The notes under the pieces: generated by a model | Told to the model about the DNA's origin: nothing | Database searches by the model: none | What the model saw: only the letters and a program-made list of their open reading frames with translations | NCBI RefSeq assembly: GCF_023333595.1 | Contig: NZ_JAIQZM010000007.1 | Coordinates: forward strand, 183,763-215,762 | Origin: Argonema galeatum A003/A1 | Lineage (GTDB): Bacteria; Cyanobacteriota; Cyanobacteriia; Cyanobacteriales; Aerosakkonemataceae | DNA length: 32,000 nucleotides | Direction of reading: 5' to 3' | Part shown: piece by piece, positions 16,445 through 24,183 of the stretch | How the letters are laid out: each line of letters opens with the position of its first letter | Position numbering within the stretch: the first letter of the stretch is position 1 | Made by a program: the position numbers and the translations under genes

Positions 16445-16629
16445 AATATCTCTTTTCCCAAATCTTGCACCAAAGTCAGAAACCGGGTTTCTTGCAACCA
16501 ACCTTACCTCAAAGCCTAGATATTTCGTTTAGAAACCCGGTTTCTCAGTTAGATTACACTCTTGAAGATGGAGAACCACAACTTTGGTATAATTAAGTAG
16601 TAAAAATCGATTACTTTGCAACGCCTACC

Positions 16630-16803
16630 ATGAAATATCCCTTTTACACAATCTCGCAGCCAGTTGTCGGTAGCGAAGCTAAAAAAATAGCGGATGCTAT
16701 TAAAACAGGTGGTTATATAGCTAACGAAGCAGCTATAGCTACAGCAAAACGAATTGCTGAACGTCGTAAGCTGAGAGAGGAAACTGATGCTACCAAGCGG
16801 TAA
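16630..16803 (+). CDS. Small ORF (57 aa) missing from the track, overlapping the start of the GNAT gene by 17 nt; candidate antitoxin or partner
   Basis: ATG at 16630 gives MKYPFYTISQPVVGSEAKKIADAIKTGGYIANEAAIATAKRIAERRKLREETDATKR, with TAA at 16801-16803. The translational overlap with 16787..17398 suggests an operon. I recognised no family. Confidence 0.4.
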   Translation: MKYPFYTISQPVVGSEAKKIADAIKTGGYIANEAAIATAKRIAERRKLREETDATKR

Positions 16804-17398
16804 GTTTGCTGGTGTTGATTTTTCTCAAGCGAAAGTAGAAAAGCTAACCCCTGACTTGCAAGTTTCAGGTCAGGGGTTTCGCTGTTATCGGGGTGAGTTT
16901 GTCACATACTGGAAACAGGGGCGTATTCAGCGCGAAGTTGATGCTCGAATTAGCCAATGCTGGATTATTAGACATAGTGATGTGCTAGCAGGCTACATAA
17001 CACTTCTAGCTGACAAACTTGAGGTTGACGAACAAATTCTAGAAAGAGAAGGAGTTCAGTACCGAACATTTCCTGCTATTAAGATTGGCTTACTTGCTGC
17101 TGATAGGAGAGCAAAAGGATGTGGTAGTCGTTTGGTGGAATGGGCTTTAGAATACGTGGCGACAGAAGTAGCAAGCGCAGTCGGGGCTAGATTTATGACT
17201 GTTGATGCACTATATGACTCCGATACAAATCCACCCTATGATGCTTCTGGTTTTTATCAAAAATTTGGCTTTCAGTTTGCTAATCCAGAGCGAGTTTTAC
17301 CTCCGCCTGTTCCCTATCGCACGATGTATCTTGACCTCAAGCCTTTGATTGATTTACTGAGCGGACAAGACCTCGAACAGGTGAACATAAATGAATAA
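16787..17398 (+). CDS. GNAT-family N-acetyltransferase, with an architecture resembling TacT/AtaT toxins
   Basis: The acetyl-CoA motif is IGLLAADRRAKGCGSRLVEWAL, followed by GARFMTVDAL...ASGFYQKFGFQF. The N-terminal FRCYRGEFVTYW block resembles the F-x-C region of GNAT toxins. Confidence 0.65.
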   Translation: MLPSGKFAGVDFSQAKVEKLTPDLQVSGQGFRCYRGEFVTYWKQGRIQREVDARISQCWIIRHSDVLAGYITLLADKLEVDEQILEREGVQYRTFPAIKIGLLAADRRAKGCGSRLVEWALEYVATEVASAVGARFMTVDALYDSDTNPPYDASGFYQKFGFQFANPERVLPPPVPYRTMYLDLKPLIDLLSGQDLEQVNINE

Positions 17399-17559
17399 AA
17401 ATTGAAATTGTTTCTTCTAGATTAACTAGGAAAAATTAGGAGAATAAACGATGAACACCCAATTAGTTGAATCCGTATTTCAAGTTATCATGTCTCTCTC
17501 TCCAGAGGAGCGAATTTTACTAGAAGAAAAACTATTAGTAAATTAATTAGCTGTGTTGT

Positions 17560-17695
17560 CCAGACTCGCCCGGAAATCAATTTCCGGGCTAATAGCGAAA
17601 GTCGGTTAAAACCGACTAAAAACCTAGACAAAAATTCAGTCCGTTTTAACGGACTTCCGCTATTAGCCTGCGATTTGAATCGCAGGCGGGCTATG
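17560..17695. mobile_element. MITE-like, highly structured dispersed repeat
   Basis: Hairpins seen: CCCGGAAATCAATTTCCGGG, GTCGGTTAAAACCGAC, GTCCGTTTTAACGGAC and CTGCGATTTGAATCGCAG. A long-range pair GGCTAATAGCG/CGCTATTAGCC is also present. Same style as the 11439-11790 repeats. Confidence 0.55.
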
Positions 17696-17760
17696 AGGGT
17701 TGCCATTAACTCTGTATAATAAAGAATGGAACAAAAAATTAATAATAAGATAACAACCCA

Positions 17761-17964
17761 ATGAAAATCAAAGTCATCATTCACGAAGCAGAAGAAGGCG
17801 GATATTGGGCTGAAGTCCCCTCTATACCTGGTTGCGCTACCCAAGGCGAAACTTTTGAGGAATTGCTGCAAAATTTCTATGAAGCAATTGAAGGTTGTCT
17901 ATCTGTCGATATTGAATCAATTGAGACAACTGATAAAGACAGAATTATGGAGATTGCTATATGA
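17761..17964 (+). CDS. hicB: HicB-family antitoxin (UPF0150)
   Basis: MKIKVIIHEAEEGGYWAEVPSIPGCATQGETFEELLQNFYEAIEGCL is the canonical HicB N-domain. Confidence 0.8.
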   Translation: MKIKVIIHEAEEGGYWAEVPSIPGCATQGETFEELLQNFYEAIEGCLSVDIESIETTDKDRIMEIAI

Positions 17965-18040
17965 ACTCTATGTCTGGCAAACAGTTGGCGAAATTGTTAG
18001 AGAAAAACGGCTGAATATTATTACGAGTTCAAGGCGTTAT
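17961..18040 (+). pseudogene. hicA: Decayed hicA toxin remnant
   Basis: ATGA start/stop overlap with hicB. The reading is MNSMSGKQLAKLLEKNG-TGA-ILLRVQG. The TGA sits where HicA proteins have the conserved Trp (GW) and similarity is lost after RVQG. The region is overlapped by the convergent gene 18056..18244. Confidence 0.55.
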
Positions 18041-18055
18041 CTGTCCACTAAATAT

Positions 18056-18244
18056 TCACGTTGATAATCCAACTTTTCTCCGCACTTCCTCCACCGTTCT
18101 TATTCTACCAGATTTAACATCAGCCAGTCCAGCTTCTACACCTTGTCTAATATAAATTGCATACATTAAGTCATCCCAAGTACAATTTTCCGGTAATTTG
18201 TCAATCAAACGTCGGGCTTCTTCTTTAACGTTTACAGTTTCCAT
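18056..18244 (-). CDS. Small antitoxin-like protein (62 aa), family not assigned
   Basis: From Met 18244: METVNVKEEARRLIDKLPENCTWDDLMYAIYIRQGVEAGLADVKSGRIRTVEEVRRKVGL. The size and pattern are typical of orphan addiction-module components. Confidence 0.45.
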   Translation of the reverse strand: METVNVKEEARRLIDKLPENCTWDDLMYAIYIRQGVEAGLADVKSGRIRTVEEVRRKVGLST

Positions 18245-18364
18245 AAGTATAAACCCAAATAGGGATTTTACTTGCACATTCTAACACAAGTAAGACTAAT
18301 AGGCTATTATTGTAAATATCGATAAGCACCTATATCAAAATATCTCATATAGGAGTTAACAAAA

Positions 18365-18634
18365 ATGCACATCGACTACACAGTTCAAATTTGGAAAGAA
18401 GGATCGCAATTTGTTGCCCACGCGATGCCCTTAGATGTGATGAGTTCTGGGCCAACACTAGAAGCAGCCAGAATTGCCTTAGATGAAGCAGTACATCTTT
18501 TTCTAGTCACCGCCGCCGATATAGGCACTTTAGATGAAATTCTCCAAGAAACAGGCTATAAATTCCAAGATGGAAAGTGGGTAAGTCCTGAATGGGTAGC
18601 AATTGAAAAACATTCTGTCACAATGGGAGTCTGA
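18365..18634 (+). CDS. hicB: HicB-like antitoxin
   Basis: 89 aa: YTVQIWKEGSQFVAHAMPLDVMSSGPTLEAARIALDEAVHLFL. It is followed 2 nt later by a HicA-like ORF. Confidence 0.7.
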   Translation: MHIDYTVQIWKEGSQFVAHAMPLDVMSSGPTLEAARIALDEAVHLFLVTAADIGTLDEILQETGYKFQDGKWVSPEWVAIEKHSVTMGV

Positions 18635-18636
18635 AT

Positions 18637-18834
18637 ATGCCAAGAATTACTCCCATTTCCTGGCAGCGACTAGAAAAAGTATTCCTCACTGCTGGTTTTG
18701 AATTTGCTAGGCAAGAAGGAAGCCATCGTTCCTACACTAAACCTGGTATTTTACGCCCCGTTGTGATTCCTACTTATGATGAAATTTCTGTTTCAATTAT
18801 CAGCACTTTTAACAAATACTTAAACTATCGGTAA
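18637..18834 (+). CDS. hicA: HicA-family mRNA interferase toxin (YcfA-like)
   Basis: WQRLEKVFLTAGFEFARQEGSHRSYTKPGILRPVVIPTYDEI contains the GSH motif. The extreme C-terminus looks atypical. Confidence 0.7.
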   Translation: MPRITPISWQRLEKVFLTAGFEFARQEGSHRSYTKPGILRPVVIPTYDEISVSIISTFNKYLNYR

Positions 18835-18943
18835 TTAAATTGATCGATCGCAGCCGATCGCAATGCCTTTTAACAAGCAATCTATATTAAAATAGCTCTT
18901 ATAGGAATTAACAATATCTTTAACAGAGGTAAAAATAGCAACT

Positions 18944-19405
18944 ATGATTATTAGAGCGATCGCTATGTCATCAACAACCATCAAAGAAATGGGCAAACTT
19001 ATCACCACAGTAACATTTACAAATCTAGGCGACCAATTTTTAGCATCAAGAGGCTTTATGCCACCGGAACAGATCCGCTCTATTACACTAGAAAATGTCT
19101 TAATAGACACAGGTGCAACTCGACTTTGCTTACCCGCTCAAATCATCAATCAATTGGGTTTGACATTCCTAAGAGAAATAGACACCAGGACAGCCGCAGG
19201 ACTCAAAAAAGCTCGTGTTTTCCGAGGAGTTAAAATTGCCTTAGTGGGACGAGAAGGAATATTTGATTGTGTCGAACTTCCAGGCGGCGAACAGCCTTTG
19301 CTAGGCGTAATTCCTTTAGAGGAGTTAGGATTGGAACCCGATTTAAAAAATCAACAGCTTAGGGTGTTACCAATGGAGGGGAACGATACTTATGTTACGG
19401 CTTAG
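18944..19405 (+). CDS. Retropepsin-like (clan AA) aspartic protease
   Basis: VLIDTGATRLCLP carries the DTG active site, and the C-terminal half contains LLGVIPLEELGL. The start is uncertain (18944, 18965 or 18992). Confidence 0.65.
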   Translation: MIIRAIAMSSTTIKEMGKLITTVTFTNLGDQFLASRGFMPPEQIRSITLENVLIDTGATRLCLPAQIINQLGLTFLREIDTRTAAGLKKARVFRGVKIALVGREGIFDCVELPGGEQPLLGVIPLEELGLEPDLKNQQLRVLPMEGNDTYVTA

Positions 19406-19427
19406 AGATTGACGCATTCACTATTAT

Positions 19428-19535
19428 AGCTAGGGGCTAGGCTTCGACGTGACACTTCGGCAAGCTCAGTGCGGAGACGCTCAGCGTTCGACTGAGCGCT
19501 CAAGCCGAAGGCCGAACGGGGCTAGGGAAGAGGAA
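19428..19535. repeat. Palindromic dispersed repeat bounded by direct GGGGCTAGG copies
   Basis: cttcggc...gccgaag and gctcag...ctgagc pairs are present. The element is related to 11630-11670. The flank ctagggaagag also borders the octamer array at 23773. Confidence 0.6.
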
Positions 19536-19559
19536 AAAGGTTACTCCGTAAGGGATGAT

Positions 19560-19760
19560 GAACTAAAGGTAACAGTTTGAGTTGCCCTCATCGCCCTGGC
19601 GGTTGCTATAAATTGTCAAAAACGATTAAGATGCCGATCGCAACTTTGGCAACAGAGGCGATCGCATAGCGTGCTGTAGGCATATCGTGCTACCGTTCGA
19701 TTTTTGCTAACATTCATTAACAAAAACTTCCTGTTTCATCTGGGACTGTCGGCAGCACCC
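19560..19760 (-). ncRNA. Putative TnpB omega-RNA/reRNA, overlapping the 3' end of tnpB and the transposon right end
   Basis: Assigned by position only: TnpB guide RNAs derive from the ORF 3' end plus the right end. The structured stretch GCGATCGCCTCTGTTGCCAAAGTTGCGATCGGC lies here. The exact 3' boundary was not determined. Confidence 0.35.
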
Positions 19761-20877
19761 CATCCACAAGCAGACACGAGAGAACTTCCCGCGTTAATTT
19801 CTCAATGTTGATTGCCGCATTTAAATCTCTATCCAATTCTAAGCCACAATCACATCGATAAACTCGTTCTGATAATGCTAAAACCTCTTTGACTTTGACG
19901 CAGTTTGAACAGGTTTTACTACTTGGCTTAAACCTGCCAATCACTACTAGCTTACTGCCATACAACAGACATTTGTATTCTAACTGGCGACGAAATTCAT
20001 AAAATCCCATATCCCCGATCGATGCAGCTAAACAATGATTCTTCATCATCCCTGACACATTCAAATCCTCAATTCCTACTACCGCGTGGTTTTTGCTTAA
20101 GTAGTTAGTTAGTTTATGTAATGTGTCCAATCGGATATTGGCTATCTTTTGATGCAGTCGCGCTAAGGCTTTGACTGCTTTAAACCTGTTGGCAGAACCT
20201 TTCTGACGACGTGCTACAATGCGTTGGAGTTTGGCTAATTTCTGTTTGGCTTTTTGGTAAGACTTTGCACCAGTAAATATTTCTCCTGTCGATAGGGTAG
20301 CTAGGGTTTTTATTCCTAAGTCTACTCCCACTACATCCCGTTTTTTTGGGGTTGATTGAATTGGCTTTTCTATTTTAAATGAGATATACCATCGGTCGGC
20401 TTTTCTGCTAATGGTGACTGATTTCGGTTTTGTCCCTACTGGTAATCGCTCAAAAGTTTTCAGCTTTCCTAAGATTGGTACTTTGATGCTCTGGTGTTCT
20501 ATGTGGATAGAACCATCTAGAGTAAATGAGTCACAGTGACCTTTTTTCTTGAATTTAGGAAAACCTTTTACACCGTTGAAGAACTGTTTAAATGCTTCTG
20601 ACAAATGCCTTAAGGCATATTGGGGGGCGCATTTACTTACTTCGTAATACCAAGGATTTTGGGTTTTTATTGATGCTACTAGCCATTTATGCAGGTCAAT
20701 GGCTGTGGGAAATTTAATTTGGGATTCTGGATGAGAACGGTTGTGTTCTAAGACGGCAAGACATAAAGCCAAACCTTGATTCCAGGCGTGACGTGCTACG
20801 CCTGCGTGTTTGGCTAGAGATTGCCGCCGCGAAGAATTGATTTTGATTTGAGTTTTAAATCCCAGTAGCATAGCCAA
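19717..20877 (-). CDS. tnpB: TnpB (IS200/IS605-family OrfB) RNA-guided endonuclease, with no adjacent tnpA
   Basis: 386 aa with RuvC motifs VGVDLGIKTLA, VVGIEDLNV and DRDLNAAINI, and a zinc finger CSNC...CDCG. Confidence 0.9.
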   Translation of the reverse strand: MAMLLGFKTQIKINSSRRQSLAKHAGVARHAWNQGLALCLAVLEHNRSHPESQIKFPTAIDLHKWLVASIKTQNPWYYEVSKCAPQYALRHLSEAFKQFFNGVKGFPKFKKKGHCDSFTLDGSIHIEHQSIKVPILGKLKTFERLPVGTKPKSVTISRKADRWYISFKIEKPIQSTPKKRDVVGVDLGIKTLATLSTGEIFTGAKSYQKAKQKLAKLQRIVARRQKGSANRFKAVKALARLHQKIANIRLDTLHKLTNYLSKNHAVVGIEDLNVSGMMKNHCLAASIGDMGFYEFRRQLEYKCLLYGSKLVVIGRFKPSSKTCSNCVKVKEVLALSERVYRCDCGLELDRDLNAAINIEKLTREVLSCLLVDGVLPTVPDETGSFC

Positions 20878-20995
20878 ATTTTACTATGGGTTTGGGCGAG
20901 TGTGGTAAGGCAAGGGAGTAAAAGTGAAGGATTGTGAGTAAATGTTAGTAAAGTGACAACTGTTGATGAACCCTCACGTTAAGCGATCGCACACC

Positions 20996-21868
20996 TCACT
21001 CTTTTGTGGCGTCGTCAATCCTTGCTACTTCCTCAGCAGACAGCTTCACATCAACCGCACGCACCGAGTCCTCAATACTGGAAACCTTGCTAGCACCGGG
21101 AATAGGCACAACACAGGGAGACTTTGCCATTAGCCATGCCAGCACGATATTGTACACCGACACGCTTTTTTCTTTGGCTAATTGTGCGATCGCGCCAATA
21201 TCTTCCAAATTACGAACGCGACTGCTACCACCCAGCGGACTCCAAGGCAAAAACGTCAATCCTTCCTTTTCGCAATATTCCAGCACCCCATCAAACTCAG
21301 GTTGGCGATACCAAGGATTGTACTGATTTTGGACAGAAACAATTCCTACCACATCGCGAGCGCGTTTAATCTGTTCCACCGAGAAATTGGAAACACCCAC
21401 AAAGCGGATTAAACCTTCCTTCACCGCTTCTTTTACAGGTGCTAGGGATTCCTCGATCGTGTATTTTGAGTCAGGTGAATGATACTGCCAGATATCGATC
21501 GGTTTCGAGCCACCAAGAGCCTCAAAGCTTTCTCGGATCGTCTTCCGCAGATGGTCGGGGTTGCCGTTGCGCGTCCACCCACCATTGGGCCGCATCAAAC
21601 CACCCTTAGTAGCGACAATAACGTTACTGACATCCCCTTTGTATTGCACAAGAGCCTTGTGGATAAGTCGTTCGTTGTGGTGCTTGTCCGACTCATTTTT
21701 GCAATAAGAGTCTGCCGTATCAATTAAGGTAACGCCTATATCGAGAGCGCGATGGATAACTTCAATTGACTGCGACTCTCGCGGTCTGCTGCTCAAGGAC
21801 ATCGGCATACCACCCAGACCGATCGCACTAATAGTAACATCCGTTTTACCGAGTCGTTTCATCTCCAT
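20996..21868 (-). CDS. Aldo/keto reductase
   Basis: Motifs GLGGMPMS, LIDTADSY, ATKGG, GVSNFS and IPGASK are typical of the AKR family. Confidence 0.85.
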   Translation of the reverse strand: MEMKRLGKTDVTISAIGLGGMPMSLSSRPRESQSIEVIHRALDIGVTLIDTADSYCKNESDKHHNERLIHKALVQYKGDVSNVIVATKGGLMRPNGGWTRNGNPDHLRKTIRESFEALGGSKPIDIWQYHSPDSKYTIEESLAPVKEAVKEGLIRFVGVSNFSVEQIKRARDVVGIVSVQNQYNPWYRQPEFDGVLEYCEKEGLTFLPWSPLGGSSRVRNLEDIGAIAQLAKEKSVSVYNIVLAWLMAKSPCVVPIPGASKVSSIEDSVRAVDVKLSAEEVARIDDATKE

Positions 21869-22167
21869 CCTCGATCCATCGCTGATACCAATATTTTGGA
21901 TGAATCATCTTCCCACAGATGTATCTCATCGATCGTCTGCATTTCTTGTAGAGACTGCCAACCCGCCTGCCACATAGATTGTTGCTTGAGAGATTTGGCG
22001 TTGATCCAAAACCGGACGCTAGGGTCGCAGGATGCCACCATTTCCGCAAACACCCACTTACCCTCTTTTTTTCGGTTTACCACCTGAAAATGTCTCCAAC
22101 CCCAAGTTTTCTGCTTGGCTGTCCATTTTGAACCCACTAGATAGGGAAACTTTGGCTTTTTCGGCAT
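21859..22167 (-). CDS. Tryptophan-rich small conserved protein (TIGR02450-like)
   Basis: YLVGSKWTAKQKTWGWRHFQVVNRKKEGKWVFAEMVA...WINAKSLKQQSMWQAGW. It overlaps the AKR start by 10 nt. Confidence 0.55.
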   Translation of the reverse strand: MPKKPKFPYLVGSKWTAKQKTWGWRHFQVVNRKKEGKWVFAEMVASCDPSVRFWINAKSLKQQSMWQAGWQSLQEMQTIDEIHLWEDDSSKILVSAMDRGWR

Positions 22168-22360
22168 TTTTTTACTCTAATTTGCTTCAAGATAGTTTGT
22201 GTCTCAACCCGTCAGTAATTTTAGGCAGAGGGATATATATTATCCCAAAAATTGACATTTAATTTTAAATCTAAAATCCAAAATCAATATGACGCCAGCT
22301 GAATTTCTCTATATACTGCTAAGAAACTCAACGGACGTCATATCAAAGGCTATTCAGTTT

Positions 22361-22843
22361 TTAGAACAGACCCAAGGTGATGGATTTATCGATCGGCAGA
22401 GTAGCAGCGATTCCCAGGTAAATAGTAACCAGAGTACCGAACAAAAACACAGTTGTAGCCACCGGACGACGGAAGGGATTCTGAAACTTGTTAACATTTT
22501 CAATAAATGGAACAAGAATCAGACCCAAGGGTACTGAAGCCATCAACAAAACGCCCAGTAATTTATTCGGTACTGTACGCAGGATCTGGAAAACAGGCCA
22601 GAGGTACCATTCTGGCAAAATTTCCAGAGGCGTCGCAAACGGGTTAGCTGGTTCCCCAACCACAGCTGGATCGAGAACAGCCAAACCGATACACAAAGCG
22701 ATCGTCCCCATAATCACAATGGGGAAAACATACAGCAAGTCATTAGGCCAAGCGGGTTCGCCATAATAGTTATGGCCCATACCCTGAGCTAGTTTGGCGC
22801 GTAATTCTGGATCGGTCAGATCCGGTTTTTTGATGATTGACAT
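22361..22843 (-). CDS. petD: Cytochrome b6-f complex subunit IV
   Basis: 160 aa: [24 protein letters not shown]...[17 protein letters not shown]. Confidence 0.95.
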   Translation of the reverse strand: MSIIKKPDLTDPELRAKLAQGMGHNYYGEPAWPNDLLYVFPIVIMGTIALCIGLAVLDPAVVGEPANPFATPLEILPEWYLWPVFQILRTVPNKLLGVLLMASVPLGLILVPFIENVNKFQNPFRRPVATTVFLFGTLVTIYLGIAATLPIDKSITLGLF

Positions 22844-22899
22844 AGTGGAAAATGCTCTCCTCTGTTACGTTCTTTAAAACGGCAGTTGCCGAGCCGAGA

Positions 22900-23568
22900 T
22901 TACAATGGGCCCGAAATGCCTTGCTTGCGAATCATCAAGAAGTGCAGCAGCATGAACACAGCGATTAGCCAAGGCAGAACAAAAGTGTGGGCGCTGTAGT
23001 AGCGAGTCAAAGTTGCTTGACCCACACTTGAACCGCCGCGCAACAAGTCAGCTATTAGCGTGCCAACCACAGGAATCGCTTCGGGAACGCCACTAACGAT
23101 TTTCACCGCCCAGTAACCGATTTGATCCCAAGGTAGAGAGTAACCAGTCACGCCAAAGGAAACGGTGATTACAGCCAGGATGACGCCAGTCACCCAAGTC
23201 AGTTCGCGGGGCTTTTTGAAACCGCCCGTTAAGTAGACTCGGAAGGTGTGCAAAACCATCATCAGTACCATCATGCTGGCAGACCAGCGGTGGATAGAAC
23301 GGATGAGCCAGCCAAAGTTAACTTCCGTCATTATGTACTGCACCGAGGCAAAAGCTTCGGTAACAGTTGGCTTGTAGTAGAAAGTCATGGCGAATCCAGT
23401 GGCGAACTGGATTATAAAGCAAACCAGTGTAATCCCGCCCAGGCAATAAAAGATATTGACGTGGGGAGGAACGTACTTGCTGGATACATCCTCAGCAAGC
23501 GCCTGAATCTCTAGGCGTTCCTGAAACCAGTTGTATACTTTTGAGTCCGTTACCTGCTTAGTAAACAT
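22900..23568 (-). CDS. petB: Cytochrome b6
   Basis: From Met 23568: [38 protein letters not shown]...[13 protein letters not shown]. It lies upstream of petD. Confidence 0.95.
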   Translation of the reverse strand: MFTKQVTDSKVYNWFQERLEIQALAEDVSSKYVPPHVNIFYCLGGITLVCFIIQFATGFAMTFYYKPTVTEAFASVQYIMTEVNFGWLIRSIHRWSASMMVLMMVLHTFRVYLTGGFKKPRELTWVTGVILAVITVSFGVTGYSLPWDQIGYWAVKIVSGVPEAIPVVGTLIADLLRGGSSVGQATLTRYYSAHTFVLPWLIAVFMLLHFLMIRKQGISGPL

Positions 23569-23787
23569 GAAGCAAGAGTTCCTAAAAAATTTATTGCTGT
23601 TATTGCGTTTCCCAATCTCCAAAGCAGGGGATGGGGTGGGTGAATCAAAAGCTAACCTTTGTCCGCTTGATTGGATGGTATGCCATGCCCCTTCAGACTA
23701 AAAATTTAGCCCGTATTTAATTGTAGGCAGGTTATTAGCCGAGTTGAACGCTGCAATACAAAATAGGGGATCGGGACTAGGGAAGAG

Positions 23788-24120
23788 GGCAGAGGAGCAG
23801 AGGAGCAGAGGGGCAGAGGGGCAGAGGAGCAGAGGAGCAGAGGGGCAGAGGAGCAGAGGAGCAGAGGAGCAGAGGGGCAGAGGAGCAGAGGGGCAGAGGG
23901 GCAGAGGAGCAGAGGGGCAGAGGGGCAGAGGAGCAGAGGAGCAGAGGAGCAGAGGGGCAGAGGAGCAGAGGGGCCGAGGGGCCGAGGGGCAGAGGAGCAG
24001 AGGAGCAGAGGAGCAGAGGAGCAGAGGGGCAGAGGAGCAGAGGGGCAGAGGAGCAGAGGGGCAGAGGGGCAGAGGAGCAGAGGGGCAGAGGAGCAGAGGG
24101 GCAGAGGAGCAGAGGGGCAG
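23788..24120 (+). repeat. Tandem octamer array (A/G)GCAGAGG, about 41 units
   Basis: Direct reading shows two main unit variants, agcagagg and ggcagagg, in irregular order, plus two adjacent ggccgagg units. 7 of 8 bases on the + strand are purines. Confidence 0.95.
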
Positions 24121-24130
24121 AATCTTCCCT

Positions 24131-24166
24131 CTTCCCTAGTCCCTAGTCCCTAGTCCCTAGCCCCTT
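24131..24166. repeat. Heptamer STRR-like tract CCCTAGT
   Basis: cttccctagtccctagtccctagtccctagcccc; the same heptamer occurs at 11694-11733. Confidence 0.85.
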
Positions 24167-24183
24167 TTTGACTTTTGCCTTTC

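Noticed and set aside
16445-16596. The end of track ORF 16327..16596 (...LDYTLEDGEPQLWYN) as a C-terminal remnant of a small antitoxin-like gene
   Set aside because: The resemblance to a cyanobacterial small-protein C-terminus is from memory only. The ORF otherwise runs through the STAND gene's 3' end and palindromic repeats, so there is not enough support.
13703-18014. Two in-frame TGA codons (STAND at 13703, hicA at 18012) as evidence for genome-wide UGA reassignment
   Set aside because: TGA ends apparently normal genes in this window (srxA at 5902, the SpoIID-family gene at 8032 and bvdR at 9718), so the standard code applies. The two cases are treated as local events.
18835-19110. Minus-strand 91-aa ORF overlapping the start of the aspartic protease gene
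   Set aside because: It has no recognisable motifs and an AT-rich, low-complexity composition. The plus-strand DTG protease ORF explains the region.
23788-24120. Possible CRISPR array
   Set aside because: The units are 8 nt with no spacers and there are no cas genes. It is a simple tandem repeat.
23744-24139. 131-aa track ORF ([18 protein letters not shown]...)
   Set aside because: It is just the translation of the octamer tandem array. It has no start context and pure repeat composition.
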